DNA from: an uncultured Sphingorhabdus sp.
Lineage (GTDB): Bacteria > Pseudomonadota > Alphaproteobacteria > Sphingomonadales > Sphingomonadaceae
DNA length: 64,000 nucleotides
Assembly: GCA_905479715.1 (NCBI GenBank)
Contig: CAJQNR010000014.1
Coordinates: 6,677-70,676, forward strand
Direction of reading: 5' to 3'
Shown: positions 10,006 to 22,763 of the stretch, piece by piece
Numbering within the stretch: position 1 is the stretch's first letter
How the letters are laid out: every line of letters begins with the position of its first letter
Program-made: the position numbers and the translations under genes
Notes under the pieces: generated by a model
Told to the model about the DNA's origin: nothing
Seen by the model: only the letters and a program-made list of their open reading frames with translations
Databases searched by the model: none

Positions 10006-10784
10006 TCCTCAAATCTGGAAAGCTGTTCGCCGCTTTTGCGCTGACGATGGCGGCAGCAGTGGTGAGCATTGCCTTGCTGAAGCTTGTCGGGCCGGACTGG
10101 TCGCGTTTCGCACCGGCAACCTGCACCGAAACTAGATGCTTTTGCGAAATGCCGAGGACGGGTGCGTTGCTGTTACAGCCTGCCAACAGCCTGTCGTCGC
10201 TTGGCTTCGTTTTTATCGGTTTTCTGATGATCCTGCTGGCCCGGTCGCGCGACTGGATGTCGGCTTTCCCGCCGTCAGCCGCCAGCATATTGGGGTTGGC
10301 AGCGATCATCGTCGGGATCGGATCGCTCCTGCTGCACGCCACCCTTACTTTATGGGGCCAGTTTTTCGATGTGCTCGGCATATATCTGGTCAGCGGCTTC
10401 TTTCTGGTCAGTGCGCTGGCGAAGTGGCGGAACATCCCGGACCGGCGGGCCATGATCTATTATGTCCTGCTTTGTATCGTTCTTATCGCAATTCTCTACG
10501 CGCTTCCCGAAGTCCGTCGCTGGCTTTTCGCAGTCATCCTGCTGGTTGCGATTATTCTTGAACTTGTCTTTGCAAGACCCCGGCGGTCGTTTGCCCGGAC
10601 CGGCTATTATGCCGCGGCGCTTGTCGCCAATATCGTCGCCTTCACGGTCTGGAATCTGGACCAGCGCGGCCAGCTTTGCGCGCCCGAAAGCCTGTTTCAG
10701 GGGCATGCCATCTGGCACCTGCTTGGCGCTGTGGCCTTGTGGTTTGCGTTTCTCTATTATCGCAGCGAGCGGCCCGTGCGATAA
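9990..10784 (+). CDS. CREST-superfamily membrane hydrolase (alkaline ceramidase-like); start uncertain
   Basis: About 7 TM helices; FCE, ANSLSS, GSLLLHAT (SxxxH), conserved Asp, GHAIWH (HxxxH). Confidence 0.75.
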   Translation: MAIALILKSGKLFAAFALTMAAAVVSIALLKLVGPDWSRFAPATCTETRCFCEMPRTGALLLQPANSLSSLGFVFIGFLMILLARSRDWMSAFPPSAASILGLAAIIVGIGSLLLHATLTLWGQFFDVLGIYLVSGFFLVSALAKWRNIPDRRAMIYYVLLCIVLIAILYALPEVRRWLFAVILLVAIILELVFARPRRSFARTGYYAAALVANIVAFTVWNLDQRGQLCAPESLFQGHAIWHLLGAVALWFAFLYYRSERPVR

Positions 10785-10868
10785 AATCGTGTCACGAAGG
10801 CAGACTTGATCATCATTGCACCACTTTCCCACTACCAACCCTGAATCCACCCTGCTATCGCTTCTCGC

Positions 10869-13142
10869 ATGAGTGATCTGACCGAAGCCCCGCCCGAAGA
10901 ACCCGAAGATGAATTTGATGCGATAGTCGATGCGCCCTTTGATGCAGCGCTTTCCGAACGCTATCTGATTTACGCGATGTCGACGATCACCGCGCGGTCG
11001 CTTCCGGATTTGCGCGATGGGCTGAAGCCTGTGCACCGCCGCCTCTTGTGGGCGATGCGGCTGCTCAAGCTCGATCCGTCTCAGGGCTACAAGAAATGTG
11101 CCCGGGTGGTCGGTGATGTCATCGGTAAATATCACCCGCACGGTGACCAGTCGGTCTATGACGCGATGGTCCGTCTCGCCCAGACATTCTCGCTGCGCTA
11201 TCCTTTGGTCGACGGGCAGGGGAATTTCGGCAATATCGACGGCGATAATGCGGCGGCCTATCGCTACACAGAGGCCCGGCTGACCCGCACCGCGATCGAG
11301 CTGATGCATGGCCTCGACGAAGGCACGGTCGATTTCAAGCCGACCTATAATGGTGAAGACGAAGAGCCGGAAGTCATGCCCGGTCTGTTCCCCAATCTGC
11401 TCGCCAATGGCGCGAGCGGTATTGCTGTGGGCATGGCGACCAGCATTCCGTCGCATAATGTCCACGAGATTATCGATGCCGCAACGCTGTTGATTGATAA
11501 CCCCAGGGCCGAACATGCCGAGATCATGGAGATCATAAAGGGCCCAGATCTTGCGACCGGCGGAACGCTGGTTGACCCCAAATCGGTGATCGACGCTGCC
11601 TATGAAAGCGGTCGCGGTGCCATGCGGGTGCGCTGCAAATGGGAAAAGGAAGACGCCGAAGGGCGCGGCGCTTGGCAGATTGTCGTCACCGAAATTCCCT
11701 ATCAGGTGCAAAAGGGCAAGCTGATCGAGCAGATTGCCCAGATCATCGCCGACAAGAAGCTGCCGATTTTGGCCGATATCCGCGATGAATCCGACGAACA
11801 GGTCCGGATCATATTGGAACCGAAAAGTCGCGCGGTTGACCCGGAGGATCTGATGAACGCGCTGTTTCGCATGTCCGATCTGGAAAACCGATTCTCGCTC
11901 AACATGAATGTGCTCGACAAGGACCGGGTGCCGAAGGTGATGGGCATCAGCGAAGTGCTGAAGCAGTGGATCGTCCATCAGATCGAAGTATTGGTCCGAC
12001 GCTCGCAGCACCGGCTCGACAAGATCGATGCGCGGCTGGAACTGCTCGAAGGCTATATCATTGCCTATCTCAATCTCGACCGGGTGATCGAGATTATCCG
12101 CAACCATGACGAACCCAAACCGATGTTGATGGAAGAATTCGAGCTGTCCGACCGGCAGGCCGAAGCGATCCTCAACATGCGCCTGCGCAGCTTGCGCAAG
12201 CTGGAAGAAATGGAATTGCGCAACGAGCGCGACAAATTGCTTGAAGAACGGGAAGGGCTGGAGAAGCTGATCGAAAGTCCGGCGCGGCAGAAGACACGGC
12301 TCAAGAAAGATCTGGCCGATCTGCGCAAACTCTACGCCGAAGACACGGCACTGGGTGCCCGGCGGACGATGCTGATCGAAGCGGCCCCCGCACGGGAGAT
12401 CTCGCTCGAGGCGTTTATCGAGAAAGAACCGGTCACCGTGATCATGTCGCAGCGTGGCTGGATCAAGGCGATGAAGGGGCATGCAGACCTGTCCGCGCCG
12501 GACAGTTTCAAATTTAAGGAAGGCGATGGTCCCAAATATGCCTTCCACGCGCAGACCACCGACAAGCTGCTGATGTGTTGCGACAATGGTCGTTTTTACA
12601 CCATCGGCGCGGACAAGCTGCCCGGCGCGCGTGGTTTCGGAGAACCGGTCGGTTCGATGGTTGACCTTGAGCCGGGAGCCGAACCTATTGCGCTGATGGT
12701 TGCGGACATGAAGGCGAAGCTCTTGCTTGCTTCCACCTGGGGCCGCGGTTTCATCGCGAATATTGCCGATGTGGTCGCCGAAACGAAAAAGGGCCGTCAG
12801 GTCGCCAATCTGAAGGGCGACGCGCGGCTGCTGGTTGTGCGCCGGGTTCCCGAAGGTGCCGATCACGTCGCGGCCATTGGTGAAAACCGCAAGCTCGTCG
12901 TCTTCTCGCTTTCCGAAATGCCGGAAATGGCCAAGGGGCAGGGCGTCATGCTGCAGCGCTACAAGGATGGCGGTCTGTCCGATGCAACCGTGTTCAGGCT
13001 TGAAGACGGTCTGAGCTGGGCGATGGGCGGTGAAACGGGGCGGACCCGAACCGAGAATGACCTGACCATGTGGCGGGTCGCGCGCGGCGCGGCAGGACGG
13101 TTGCCACCAACGGGCTTCCCGAAGAGCGGCAAGTTTGATTGA
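10869..13142 (+). CDS. parC: DNA topoisomerase IV subunit A
   Basis: [35 protein letters not shown]; ParC-type C-terminus. Confidence 0.97.
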   Translation: MSDLTEAPPEEPEDEFDAIVDAPFDAALSERYLIYAMSTITARSLPDLRDGLKPVHRRLLWAMRLLKLDPSQGYKKCARVVGDVIGKYHPHGDQSVYDAMVRLAQTFSLRYPLVDGQGNFGNIDGDNAAAYRYTEARLTRTAIELMHGLDEGTVDFKPTYNGEDEEPEVMPGLFPNLLANGASGIAVGMATSIPSHNVHEIIDAATLLIDNPRAEHAEIMEIIKGPDLATGGTLVDPKSVIDAAYESGRGAMRVRCKWEKEDAEGRGAWQIVVTEIPYQVQKGKLIEQIAQIIADKKLPILADIRDESDEQVRIILEPKSRAVDPEDLMNALFRMSDLENRFSLNMNVLDKDRVPKVMGISEVLKQWIVHQIEVLVRRSQHRLDKIDARLELLEGYIIAYLNLDRVIEIIRNHDEPKPMLMEEFELSDRQAEAILNMRLRSLRKLEEMELRNERDKLLEEREGLEKLIESPARQKTRLKKDLADLRKLYAEDTALGARRTMLIEAAPAREISLEAFIEKEPVTVIMSQRGWIKAMKGHADLSAPDSFKFKEGDGPKYAFHAQTTDKLLMCCDNGRFYTIGADKLPGARGFGEPVGSMVDLEPGAEPIALMVADMKAKLLLASTWGRGFIANIADVVAETKKGRQVANLKGDARLLVVRRVPEGADHVAAIGENRKLVVFSLSEMPEMAKGQGVMLQRYKDGGLSDATVFRLEDGLSWAMGGETGRTRTENDLTMWRVARGAAGRLPPTGFPKSGKFD

Positions 13143-13410
13143 ACGCAGCTGGCATGTCGTAGGGATCGGCCATTCTGGCTGAAGACGACATATAATGGTC
13201 CTGAAATATAGATTTACGACATTGAACAACAATTTGTTCGCATCAACAGCTTGAAATATTCTGCATAACCGTTAGTTGGCTCCGCTACCGCATTGATCAT
13301 CCACCGATTAATGAAATATTGAACTGTAAAACTCGAACCTAAAGGGAGATGCGTAACCGTTTCTTGTCAGATATTCGGTACCACCTTTAATGTAGAGTTA
13401 AAGATGTGCC

Positions 13411-13647
13411 ATGGTTCTCTCACTGGGCTATCCGGCAAAACGCGGCGAAGAGCGGAGTGATTATTTACTACATTTTGATTTAGCGTCAACTTACATTAGT
13501 TTACACGATATTGAGGCAGGTCCATTGTCGAAATATTCGTCCAAATTATTGGGATTGGATTCAGCTTCTACTCGTTATTTGGAAATAGTTGACTTTTTGA
13601 TGAAAAAAGAGTCAAATGAAACCAGTCGAACTTGGGCGCTCAACTGA
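13411..13647 (+). CDS. Small hypothetical protein in an AT-rich patch (possibly a decayed winged-helix gene)
   Basis: 78-aa ORF; no family recognised. Confidence 0.3.
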   Translation: MVLSLGYPAKRGEERSDYLLHFDLASTYISLHDIEAGPLSKYSSKLLGLDSASTRYLEIVDFLMKKESNETSRTWALN

Positions 13648-13670
13648 TAGCAGGAAGAATTTTCTAACCT

Positions 13671-13844
13671 ATGAGCACTGACAAAGAGACGGTACGAAAT
13701 TGGATTGATGAACTCGAGCAGATTCTATTGCAGCTCGATTCTATTAATGCTGACATAGCGGCAATTCATGTTGATATAGCGATCGGGGAATTGTGCCAGC
13801 TTGCGGATATCGAACGGGCGGTTGCTGCGACCAGAGCCGCCTAG
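13671..13844 (+). CDS. 57-aa helical protein missing from the ORF track
   Basis: Hand translation MSTDKETVRNWIDELEQILLQLDSINADIAAIHVDIAIGELCQLADIERAVAATRAA*; AGGA upstream. Confidence 0.55.
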   Translation: MSTDKETVRNWIDELEQILLQLDSINADIAAIHVDIAIGELCQLADIERAVAATRAA

Positions 13845-13863
13845 CTTTTGATGAAAATCCGGG

Positions 13864-14331
13864 TCAGATATTTATCAGTGCATTCCCGATTTTTTTAAGG
13901 GTATCGCTGATCAAAGCAGCGCCGGATGCGGTTAATTTTAACAGACCCTCAATCTCAGGTTCGGCATCGATATATGGGTCGATCAGTCCGATACTGCTCA
14001 AATATTTTACATATCTGGTCATCGTGTTCGTCGCCAGATTATGGGTGATCGCAAGATCATGCACTGAAACCGGTTCTTCCGAGTCCATTGAAACCATCAA
14101 ATCCAGCAAGATATGCCAGGATATATCATCAATATCCGGCTGGCGGTCCCGGAAGTGTTCCAGCCGGACGGTGCGGCTTTTCAACAATAATGCCGCCGTT
14201 GTTACGGGATCAATATCGTGCTTTTTATTCAACAGAATATTTGAAGCCGAGGCTTCAATTTGTTCGGATTCGCTATCAATGGGATCGACACTATCGCCAT
14301 CAAAAAAAAGCGGATCCTGGCGCTCACACAT
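13864..14331 (-). CDS. MarR-like winged-helix DNA-binding protein
   Basis: SWHILLDL, TMTRYVKYL...GLI, LKLTASG. Confidence 0.7.
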   Translation of the reverse strand: MCERQDPLFFDGDSVDPIDSESEQIEASASNILLNKKHDIDPVTTAALLLKSRTVRLEHFRDRQPDIDDISWHILLDLMVSMDSEEPVSVHDLAITHNLATNTMTRYVKYLSSIGLIDPYIDAEPEIEGLLKLTASGAALISDTLKKIGNALINI

Positions 14332-14509
14332 ATATACCCCCGTCGCAAACCAGACACGGTCAACCGTATCGACTGATCAGCCGGGCGTCAATCTTGACTG
14401 GTGACTATATGTCTTCCGCTGTCAATATTGACCGGAATATCAGCAATGATGCGGAAAACGGTGATCATCAACGGCTGTCAAAGGTCACTTGATGGTATCA
14501 AATGATCGG

Positions 14510-15295
14510 TTATGCTGTTCCGGCTACCGGCTCGATCACGCGGCGATACAGATGCCATGTGGCGTGTCCGAGGACCGGAAGTACGATGAACAATCCCAGA
14601 AAAAAGGGCAACATGGCGACGAACAGGGCGATCGCAATCATGATCGCCCAGGCCAGCAAGACGGACCGGTTCGATCGCATGGTCGCCAGACTGACGATGA
14701 TCGCCGTGATAAAATCGACGTTCCGGTCGACCAGCATCGGCAAGCTGACAACCGTGATGGCATAAAAGGCAAGCGCCATCAGGCCACCAGCGATGCTGCC
14801 GACCAGCAACATCATCAGGCCGGTCTCGGTTTGGAGCAGTGCCATCTCTGAGCCCACGCCGGATTCCGAGAGGAAAATGGCGAAAATGCCGTGTGCGACC
14901 ATCATCCAGAATTCGAATGCGACGAACAGAATCACGCCCATGCTGATGATTTGATCGTCGCCATGCCCCCTGAGTGCGCCGAGGACCGCACGCCAGCTTA
15001 TCGGCAGGCCGGCTTCGCGGCGACGGCTGACTTCATACAGGCCAACAGCGGCGAACGGAGCCAGAAGCGGGAATCCTGCTGCTGCCGGGATCAGCCAAAA
15101 CAGCTCTCCCAGAATAAAAAGGCCATAATAGAGAAACATCCCCGTTATCGCGAAAACTGCGGAGAAAAATAGGCCGAACATCGGATGGGCCTTGAAGTCA
15201 CCCCAGCCTGCCGCCAGTGCGGCGCGCAGGTCACCAAGCGTGAGATCGCTTGCCACCGATGCGGGTGCGATTGGAGCTTGTTGGACTGTGCTCAT
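14510..15295 (-). CDS. DUF2189 membrane protein
   Basis: GWGDF, GF.LLAPF.AVGLYEVSRR, PVLGHATWHLYR. Confidence 0.9.
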   Translation of the reverse strand: MSTVQQAPIAPASVASDLTLGDLRAALAAGWGDFKAHPMFGLFFSAVFAITGMFLYYGLFILGELFWLIPAAAGFPLLAPFAAVGLYEVSRRREAGLPISWRAVLGALRGHGDDQIISMGVILFVAFEFWMMVAHGIFAIFLSESGVGSEMALLQTETGLMMLLVGSIAGGLMALAFYAITVVSLPMLVDRNVDFITAIIVSLATMRSNRSVLLAWAIMIAIALFVAMLPFFLGLFIVLPVLGHATWHLYRRVIEPVAGTA

Positions 15296-15487
15296 GCCAT
15301 TTCCTCCCCCATGGAAATATGACGGGAGTGTGCATCAAACGGAACGATAGGGCAAGTACTGACATATTTCATGCCACGTCAATTTATGCGGCAAGTCTGC
15401 ACTGCGGGCCGGTTCCCCGAACCCGACAAGAGCAGCCGGATCATCCCCCGGTTGTCACCGCAAGACGAAAGAATACGGAGCACAGGC

Positions 15488-17443
<1,956 letters not shown>

Positions 17444-17524
17444 CTTCCATGTCTCCTATATTGGCGGCTGTTCAGCACCATTTTCCGTTACATCTGATCA
17501 TCATATCATTTCTGGCGGCGCGTT

Positions 17525-18712
17525 TCATTGCAAAACCGTTCCATCCAGATCATCGAGATATTTTTTGATCCACTGGTCATCCGGAAATCCTTCCGCGATC
17601 CATGCCGCCTCTATTGTGGCCAGCGTCCGCGCCACAATTGGTCCCGGTTTCAAGCCCCGTTTGATCAAGTCACCGCCGGTTAGCGGCAAAACGGGCGGGT
17701 GCCAGCCTTCAAGTTGCGCGAGCATGTCGGGCAGGGCTGTCTCATCTGCGTTTAGAAGCGCGACATCGCGGGCGGTCTCCACGCTGGTGCGATAGGCGAG
17801 GGCGCGAATATCATCGGCCCCCGACTCGAGACGCGCGGCAATCGCCTTTTGCATTTTTTTCGAAAGCTTCAAACTCTTGGCAATCGCGTCTGCCTTGTTC
17901 TTGTCCTTGGGCAGTATCGCGACCAGCCGCCGAACCGCACTGGGGCCGATGGCGTGCGTCTTTTCGCGTCTGACAAGCCGGTCCAGCAATGGGCCTGCCG
18001 CGGGATCGGTCTCGGCAATGATTTGTCCGAAAATATTGCCGTCGAGCATCTTGCCCACGGCAAATCGGGGATCGTCTGTGGCGAGCAATTTCAGCAGTTC
18101 ATCCGCCACCCGTTCGCGCGACAGCAATGCCAGCTTGGGGGCCGCATCGACGCAGGCCTTGAACGCTTCCATATCCAGGACATCCAGTCCGAAGCGCGCC
18201 AGAAAACGGAAATAGCGCATGATTCTCAACCGGTCTTCGGCGATCCGTTCCGTAGCAGAACCGATGAAGCGGATGCGGAGGTTCCTGAGATCGTCCAGCC
18301 CGCCGAAATAGTCAAAAATCTCGAGCGTCTCGGGATCGGCGGAAAGCGCGTTGATCGTAAAATCCCTGCGTGCGGCATCTTCTTTCCAGTCATCGCTGAA
18401 CGCGACTGTCGCTCGCCGCCCATCGGTAGAAACATCGCGGCGAAGAGTGGTGATCTCGATCGGTCCGTCGGGCAGTATCGCGGTTACCGTGCCATGCGCT
18501 ATGCCCGTGGGAATCACCTTGATGGACGCCGCCTTCAGCCGTTCCATCACGTCCTCGGGCAGCAATGGCGTGGCGATATCGACGTCCTTTACGTCAAGCG
18601 CGAGCAAAGTGTCGCGAACGGCTCCCCCGACATAGCGTGCCTTGCCATCGAGCGCCGCTATCAGCGCTGCGAGGCCACGTCTCTCCGTCCATTTTGCGCG
18701 GGACATTCTCAT
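17525..18712 (-). CDS. cca: CCA tRNA nucleotidyltransferase
   Basis: VGGAVRD, DVDIAT, RRDFTINAL, EDRLRIMRYFRF; start set at the ATGA overlap with the Nudix stop. Confidence 0.92.
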   Translation of the reverse strand: MRMSRAKWTERRGLAALIAALDGKARYVGGAVRDTLLALDVKDVDIATPLLPEDVMERLKAASIKVIPTGIAHGTVTAILPDGPIEITTLRRDVSTDGRRATVAFSDDWKEDAARRDFTINALSADPETLEIFDYFGGLDDLRNLRIRFIGSATERIAEDRLRIMRYFRFLARFGLDVLDMEAFKACVDAAPKLALLSRERVADELLKLLATDDPRFAVGKMLDGNIFGQIIAETDPAAGPLLDRLVRREKTHAIGPSAVRRLVAILPKDKNKADAIAKSLKLSKKMQKAIAARLESGADDIRALAYRTSVETARDVALLNADETALPDMLAQLEGWHPPVLPLTGGDLIKRGLKPGPIVARTLATIEAAWIAEGFPDDQWIKKYLDDLDGTVLQ

Positions 18713-19308
18713 GCTTCCCAGCCCAGTCTTTTCCCGAGATTGTTCAGAATTCCTGCGGTGATTCCCCAGATGCGATAGTCCTGCCAGTAGATTTCGTAAT
18801 AATGCCGCTTGCGTCCGTTCCATATGCCTTCGTGGATGGTGCGATTCCTGGGATCGAGGAGGAAATCTAGTGGGGCTTCAAACCAGCTCTCTACCTCGCT
18901 CGGCTCCGCGACAAAGGGCAGGTCGGGCGGAATGACGCTGAGCACCGGCTGTATATTATAGCCGCTGCCAGACTGGAAGCTGTCGGTCATGCCGATGATA
19001 TCAACATGGCCGCGATCCAGAGCGACTTCCTCGTGCGCTTCGCGCAATGCGGCATCAATCGGGTCGCGGTCGCCCGGATCAATCTTGCCGCCGGGAAAGG
19101 CGACCTGCCCGGGATGGTTGCGCATGTGCAGCGGCCGCTGGACGAATATCACGCCGGGATCGGGACGATCCGTCACCGCAATCAGCACCGCCGCGTCGCG
19201 CAAAACCTTGGGGTCGTCGATATGGTCGCGTTCGTTGTAGAGCAAATGATCAAGGTCACTCTCATGGCCTTTCACCAATGCTTTTTCCAGCCGGTCGCGC
19301 AAGGTCAT
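18709..19308 (-). CDS. CoA pyrophosphatase (Nudix)
   Basis: HPGQVAFPGG, ALREAHEEV, IWGITA. Confidence 0.92.
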   Translation of the reverse strand: MTLRDRLEKALVKGHESDLDHLLYNERDHIDDPKVLRDAAVLIAVTDRPDPGVIFVQRPLHMRNHPGQVAFPGGKIDPGDRDPIDAALREAHEEVALDRGHVDIIGMTDSFQSGSGYNIQPVLSVIPPDLPFVAEPSEVESWFEAPLDFLLDPRNRTIHEGIWNGRKRHYYEIYWQDYRIWGITAGILNNLGKRLGWEA

Positions 19309-19865
19309 GGCCGGGTTTCCATCGGGAAGAAAACACCGTCAGACCAGATTCCGACCGGATCGGCACCTTCTTCCAGCGCCAGTTCCGCAAGCTGATAATA
19401 GACCGGCCGCGCTAACACAGCCTCGAGTCCGTCACGCACTTGCAAATAGGGCTGCGGCTTTTCCGCTCCAAATCGCAGGGGATGATCGCTGCCTGCAACC
19501 ACCAGATGGTCGGTGTTGAGCCGGAAGGCCAGCATCCGGGCAGGCCCCGATTCTTTGCTTTCCAGCTCCACTGCGACAAAGGGTGCGTCCTCGACAATGA
19601 TGCTGAGCTTTTGATAGGGGGTCACCAGAGCGTAGCTGTCATCCGATTCCCTTCGCAAGATGCTGGAAAAGGCGCGGACCATGGCCGGACGTCTGATTGG
19701 ATCACCCTGATGATACCAGGTTCCGTCCGTAGCGATACGCATTTCGCTATCTCCGGTCTCCTGCGGATCCCATTGATCAACCGGGGGCAGCTTCTGTGCT
19801 TCGGCCAATTCCGCGATTTCCGCGATAGAGAGCGAGGCTAGTTCGGGCGGCGGTATGTAGGGCAT
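19305..19865 (-). CDS. DUF1285 protein
   Basis: LPPVDQW.P, DGTWYHQG.PI.R, LVTP, VEDAPF. Confidence 0.9.
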   Translation of the reverse strand: MPYIPPPELASLSIAEIAELAEAQKLPPVDQWDPQETGDSEMRIATDGTWYHQGDPIRRPAMVRAFSSILRRESDDSYALVTPYQKLSIIVEDAPFVAVELESKESGPARMLAFRLNTDHLVVAGSDHPLRFGAEKPQPYLQVRDGLEAVLARPVYYQLAELALEEGADPVGIWSDGVFFPMETRP

Positions 19866-19912
19866 GACAATGGCCTATTGCCCGCCGCCAATTCTGTAAA
19901 GCCCTAGACGCG

Positions 19913-20425
19913 CTATCTTGTCCAGGGGCCGAGCGTGCCGGTTTTCGGCAACGGGTTTGCCGGGTTGGAACGCACCAGCAATCGTGACGGTTCCCATGGT
20001 CCGGGCAGAGCCCATCCGCCGGTCCCCTCTGCCGTGAACCCGAAGAACCGTTCATAATATTCCGGGTCGCCGATCATCACCAGCGGTAGTGGATCGTCGG
20101 GATGAATTTCTTTCAGCAGCGCCGTCATCATCGCACGGCCGATGCCTTCCCGCTGAAAATCCGGGTAGACCGCAACCGGGCCGACCATGATCATCGGGTA
20201 CATCTTGCCTTCTTCATCGGTCAGGGCGATGGGCCAGCATTGAATCGATCCCAGCAGTTCGTGCTTTTCCTGATCCACGGCGGCGAGTGACAGGCCTTCG
20301 AGCATGTCCATGCCTTCGCGCAGCTTATAGGCGGTGCGTTCGTGGCGGTCCGACCCAAAGGCTGCGTCGAGCAAAGCTTCGACAAGTTGCGGATCGATTT
20401 CGGCGAGAGGAATGATGCTGGTCAA
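19913..20425 (-). CDS. GNAT N-acetyltransferase
   Basis: GPVAVYPDFQREGIGRA, GDPEYYERFFGF; TTG start. Confidence 0.88.
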   Translation of the reverse strand: MTSIIPLAEIDPQLVEALLDAAFGSDRHERTAYKLREGMDMLEGLSLAAVDQEKHELLGSIQCWPIALTDEEGKMYPMIMVGPVAVYPDFQREGIGRAMMTALLKEIHPDDPLPLVMIGDPEYYERFFGFTAEGTGGWALPGPWEPSRLLVRSNPANPLPKTGTLGPWTR

Positions 20426-20554
20426 GTCGTTGGTCTCATATAGCGGGAAAATCGCGCGCTACTCCGCTTTGCGGTAAAAGTCGAGCCGCATAGGTTGCAA
20501 TTGCATGATCGCGGGCTGCCAGCTAATAGATTGATCTGTTAAGGGAGTTTGCGC

Positions 20555-21421
20555 ATGACCGACCAGAACGAGCCAACCGAACCCTCCATCGACGGAACGC
20601 GACCGGTATCCACGTCTGTGAAACCGGGAAAACTGGGATCGCTACGCCGTGATCCCAAAGGCTGGCTTATTGCCTTGCTTGGGGTGGGCGTGCCGATCGC
20701 ATTCGTCGTCGCTGCAGGCGGTAGCGGCCTTGGTCTGTGGGGCTGGCAGGCAGGTCTGGCGGCGATACCCTGGATCATGTTGATCGCTTTGCTCACCCTG
20801 ATTCTGGCGATCGTCTTTATCCTGCTCAACCGGCGCAAGGGACGAAAGACCCGTTGGCCCTTATTGGGGCTGGGCATGATCGCGACGCTTGGTTTTCTGG
20901 CGTTCATGATCCCTTATGGCACCGCCATTGTGACGCTTCCCGCAATTCACGACATTACCACCGATCTTGCCGACCCGCCGCAATTCACAGCTTTGACCCT
21001 GCGCGCTGATAATTGGGACAATATACCGGGCGCGGATGATGGTAACATGCGCGGCATGAACCCGCGTCAGCGCTGGGCGACGGTGCATCAGGACGCCTAT
21101 CCCGATATTCGCTCGGTCCGGATTGATCAGCCGGTCGCCGTGGTGATCGAAAAAGCCAAACGGCTGGCCGAAGACCGCGGCTGGAAAATTGTCCGCGTCG
21201 ATCCCGCTGCGGGCCATCTGGAGGCAACCGATACGGTCTCCCTGTTCCGGTTCAAGGATGATATCGTCATTCGTGCCCGATCGGCAGAAAATGGTACGGC
21301 CAGTATCATCGACATGCGTTCGGTCAGCCGTGTTGGCGTGCACGATCTCGGCGCAAATGCCAAACGGGTTCGCCAGTTCCTGAGCGACTTGTCCGGCACG
21401 ACGACCGCCGCTTCGCAATAG
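20555..21421 (+). CDS. DUF1499 membrane protein
   Basis: IHDITTD..DPPQF, AYPDI, FRFKDD, DMRSVSRVGVHDLGANAKR. Confidence 0.88.
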   Translation: MTDQNEPTEPSIDGTRPVSTSVKPGKLGSLRRDPKGWLIALLGVGVPIAFVVAAGGSGLGLWGWQAGLAAIPWIMLIALLTLILAIVFILLNRRKGRKTRWPLLGLGMIATLGFLAFMIPYGTAIVTLPAIHDITTDLADPPQFTALTLRADNWDNIPGADDGNMRGMNPRQRWATVHQDAYPDIRSVRIDQPVAVVIEKAKRLAEDRGWKIVRVDPAAGHLEATDTVSLFRFKDDIVIRARSAENGTASIIDMRSVSRVGVHDLGANAKRVRQFLSDLSGTTTAASQ

Positions 21422-21446
21422 GTTTCAGGTTTCTTGCAGCGACGGG

Positions 21447-22613
21447 TTATTTGGTCGGTGTCAGCTTGAGCATCCGGCCGCCTTCGCCGTCTTCCAGCAC
21501 ATAGATCGCGCCTTCGGGGCCCTGTTCGACTTCCCTGATACGCTTGCCCATCAGGAAGCGTTCGGCCTCCTTGGCGCTATCGCCATCAAAACTGACGCGG
21601 ATCAGCGCCTGACTGGCGAGACCGCCGATAAAGGCACTGTCCTTCCATGCCGGGAACAGGTCGCCGGAATAGAAGATCAAACCGCTCGGTGCGATCGTCG
21701 GTACCCAGGCCACTTTGGGCGCTTCGAATTCGGGGTGGGTATCATGATTGGGGATTTTTCTCCCGTCATAGTGATTGCCTTCCGAGACGATCGGATAGCC
21801 ATAATTGGCCCCGCGCAGAACCAGATTAAGTTCATCACCATCGCGCGGTCCCATTTCCTGGTTCCACAGCCGTCCTTTGCTGTCGAAGGCGAGGCCCAAT
21901 ATGTTCCGATGGCCCAGCGACCAGATTTCGGGAAGCGCGCCTTCGAGATCGATAAACGGATTGTCTTTCGGAACCGTGCCGTCCGGGTAGAGCCTGACAA
22001 TCTTGCCCAGATTCGTCGCCATATTTTGTGCCGGGGCAAATTTCTGTCGCTCGCCCGAACCGATGAACAGATATTTGCCGTCGGGAGAAAAAGCGATGCG
22101 ATGGGAAAAGTGCCCGCGCCCGATTACTTTCGGGTTTTGCTTCCAGATGATGTTGAGGTTTTTCAAGGATGGCTTCTGGCCGGCCAGTTCGAGTCTGGCG
22201 CGGCCAACGACGGCGCCGCGGGTGTCATTGTCTCCGGCTTCAACCCAGCTCAGATAGACCATCTTGCTGGTTGCAAAATCGGGAGCAAGCACGACGTCGC
22301 CGAAACCGCCCTGACCGCCATAATCCACTTCGGGCACGCCGCTGATTTCGGTTTTTTGTCCCTTGGCATCGACCAGTTGCAATCTGCCCGCTTTTTCGGT
22401 GACCAGCATCCGGCCGTCGGGAAGGAATGTCATGGCCCATGGTTCATCAAAGCTGGCAATTGCGGTTGTCTCAAAGGGCTTGCGATCTACCGGTGAAATA
22501 TCGGTCAGTGTCTGCCGTTCTTCGGCACCGTTGCCATTTGCCTGTGCGCCATCGCCATTGGTGCAGGCAGCCATCAGAATTGCGATCGAGAATGAAAGTC
22601 CAATATTTCTCAT
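21447..22613 (-). CDS. PQQ-dependent aldose sugar dehydrogenase (YliI/GSDH family), lipoprotein
   Basis: [38 protein letters not shown]; start moved to MRNIG...LMAAC. Confidence 0.9.
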   Translation of the reverse strand: MRNIGLSFSIAILMAACTNGDGAQANGNGAEERQTLTDISPVDRKPFETTAIASFDEPWAMTFLPDGRMLVTEKAGRLQLVDAKGQKTEISGVPEVDYGGQGGFGDVVLAPDFATSKMVYLSWVEAGDNDTRGAVVGRARLELAGQKPSLKNLNIIWKQNPKVIGRGHFSHRIAFSPDGKYLFIGSGERQKFAPAQNMATNLGKIVRLYPDGTVPKDNPFIDLEGALPEIWSLGHRNILGLAFDSKGRLWNQEMGPRDGDELNLVLRGANYGYPIVSEGNHYDGRKIPNHDTHPEFEAPKVAWVPTIAPSGLIFYSGDLFPAWKDSAFIGGLASQALIRVSFDGDSAKEAERFLMGKRIREVEQGPEGAIYVLEDGEGGRMLKLTPTK

Positions 22614-22763
22614 GATATTCCCGTATATTACCATCAATTTGTTCCGATCCACCGCCAGACGGCTTATAGGGGAAGCAAAGCAATTTTCATAGACCAATCC
22701 ATAGTATTCCCATAATTTCGCGCTGTTCACGGCTTGCTTACCATTATTGGTTAAAGCGGTCGC

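Noticed and set aside
10350-13232. 960-aa minus-strand ORF
   Set aside because: Antisense shadow of parC with no recognisable motifs; the same applies to the other long antisense ORFs over acs, cca, the Slam gene and the TBDR gene
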